DNA of 64,000 nucleotides from Spartobacteria bacterium. GTDB lineage: Bacteria; Verrucomicrobiota; Verrucomicrobiia; Chthoniobacterales; UBA10450. Position numbers and translations under genes: made by a program. Below are positions 63,251 to 64,000 of this stretch, piece after piece; position 1 is the stretch's first letter; every line of letters begins with the position of its first letter. The stretch spans positions 122,667 to 186,666 of the forward strand of contig PMTM01000013.1 in NCBI GenBank assembly GCA_003167365.1, written 5' to 3'. The notes beneath the pieces were generated by a model. That model was not told where the DNA came from. It was given only the letters and a program-made list of their open reading frames with translations, and searched no databases.

Positions 63251-64000
63251 TTAGGCTGCGGCTTCCGACCGGATCGTCGCGTGAATTTGCGTTACCGATA
63301 CAAATTCGCTTTCGCGCAATACGACCGGTTTGGTTCCGCGCAGCAATTGCCACCATTGGATGGCAGACCCGATTACGATCAAGAGCACGAGCACGAGAAA
63401 GAATGCTGCGACTAATGCGTCGAAGCGCCAGACGTCCGCCTGTCGAATTAATGCGGCGGCATTTTGCGAATCGGTTATTCCCGCCGCTTGCTGCATGAGC
63501 GACTGCGCGCCAGTCAGGAAACCGAGCCTCGGGTCCGCGGAAAAAATCTTTAGGTAGCCCGCGGAAAACGTGACCGCGGTCATAAATATCAACGGTAAAA
63601 CGGTCACGAAAAGATATCGCGCCTTGCGCATCTTGATCAGAATCGTCGTGCCCAGGCAAAGCGCGATGACCGAGAGCAATTGATTCGCCAATCCGAACAG
63701 CGGCCAAAGTGTATTGATCCCGCCCAAGGGATCGATAACTCCCTGATACAAAAACCAGCCCCACGCCGAGACCAGCAGCACGCTGGCAAAAAAGTTTGCG
63801 CTCCATGAACGCGTGTTGGCCAACGGTCGCCAAAGATTGCCAAGCAAATCCTGCAAGAGGAATCGCCCGACACGCGTGCCGGCATCGATCGTCGTCAAAA
63901 TGAAAAGCGCTTCGAACATGATAGCGAAGTGATACCAAAGGGCGAGCGCGGCTGGACTCGAGGAGACCCGCGCAAACATGTGCGCCATTCCGACCGCGAA
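63251..64000 (-). CDS. cstA: Carbon starvation protein CstA, C-terminal part (gene continues beyond window end)
   Basis: HFAIMFEALFILTTIDAGTRVGRFLLQDLLG and the following TM helices match the CstA C-terminal half. The frame is open to position 64000. Confidence 0.88.
   Translation of the reverse strand, partial: FAVGMAHMFARVSSSPAALALWYHFAIMFEALFILTTIDAGTRVGRFLLQDLLGNLWRPLANTRSWSANFFASVLLVSAWGWFLYQGVIDPLGGINTLWPLFGLANQLLSVIALCLGTTILIKMRKARYLFVTVLPLIFMTAVTFSAGYLKIFSADPRLGFLTGAQSLMQQAAGITDSQNAAALIRQADVWRFDALVAAFFLVLVLLIVIGSAIQWWQLLRGTKPVVLRESEFVSVTQIHATIRSEAAA

Overview
About 64 kb of GC-rich (roughly 55-60% by eye), gene-dense bacterial chromosome. I call about 60 CDS and 2 tRNAs (Cys-GCA, Leu-UAA). 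I saw no rRNA, CRISPR array, transposase, integrase or phage genes. Most content is housekeeping: ribBA-ribH-nusB-ftsY, mlaEFD, lipA, recR, rluD, hemL, pssA-psd, gyrB/gyrA, arfB, pgsA and der. There is also a complete MoxR/DUF58/BatA-BatE (Bat aerotolerance-type) operon. Two type II secretion / type IV pilus-like gene sets are present: gspF-X-gspG facing gspH-I-J-K-L-M-X, and pilM-N-O-P, plus a PilT-like ATPase. No secretin, GspE/PilB-type assembly ATPase or prepilin peptidase lies in the window. Gene content and the intergenic repeat types suggest a soil Verrucomicrobiota/PVC-like organism; this is inference only. The leads I rate highest are listed here. (1) 7-nt-period tandem arrays sit exactly at the 5' ends of hemL, gspF, gspI and batD, and two of them carry ATGs in all three frames. 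(2) A GxxExxY (PD-(D/E)XK-type) gene lies between gyrB and gyrA, bounded by 20-bp inverted repeats, and a gene-less palindrome of the same repeat type lies between nusB and ftsY. (3) Two tandem membrane-anchored MsrB paralogues are present, and the second contains no cysteine at all. (4) A single-strand gene string runs exported thioredoxin-fold protein, ClpX paralogue without zinc-binding domain, cyclase with degenerate catalytic residues, recR. (5) A PilN-like protein has a PDZ domain inserted in its periplasmic fold. (6) Several families of MITE-like and double-hairpin REP-like elements fill intergenic gaps. Hand-indexed coordinates of repeats, tRNAs and small ORFs may be off by 1-2 nt. All family assignments rest on motifs read from the translations; no database search was run.
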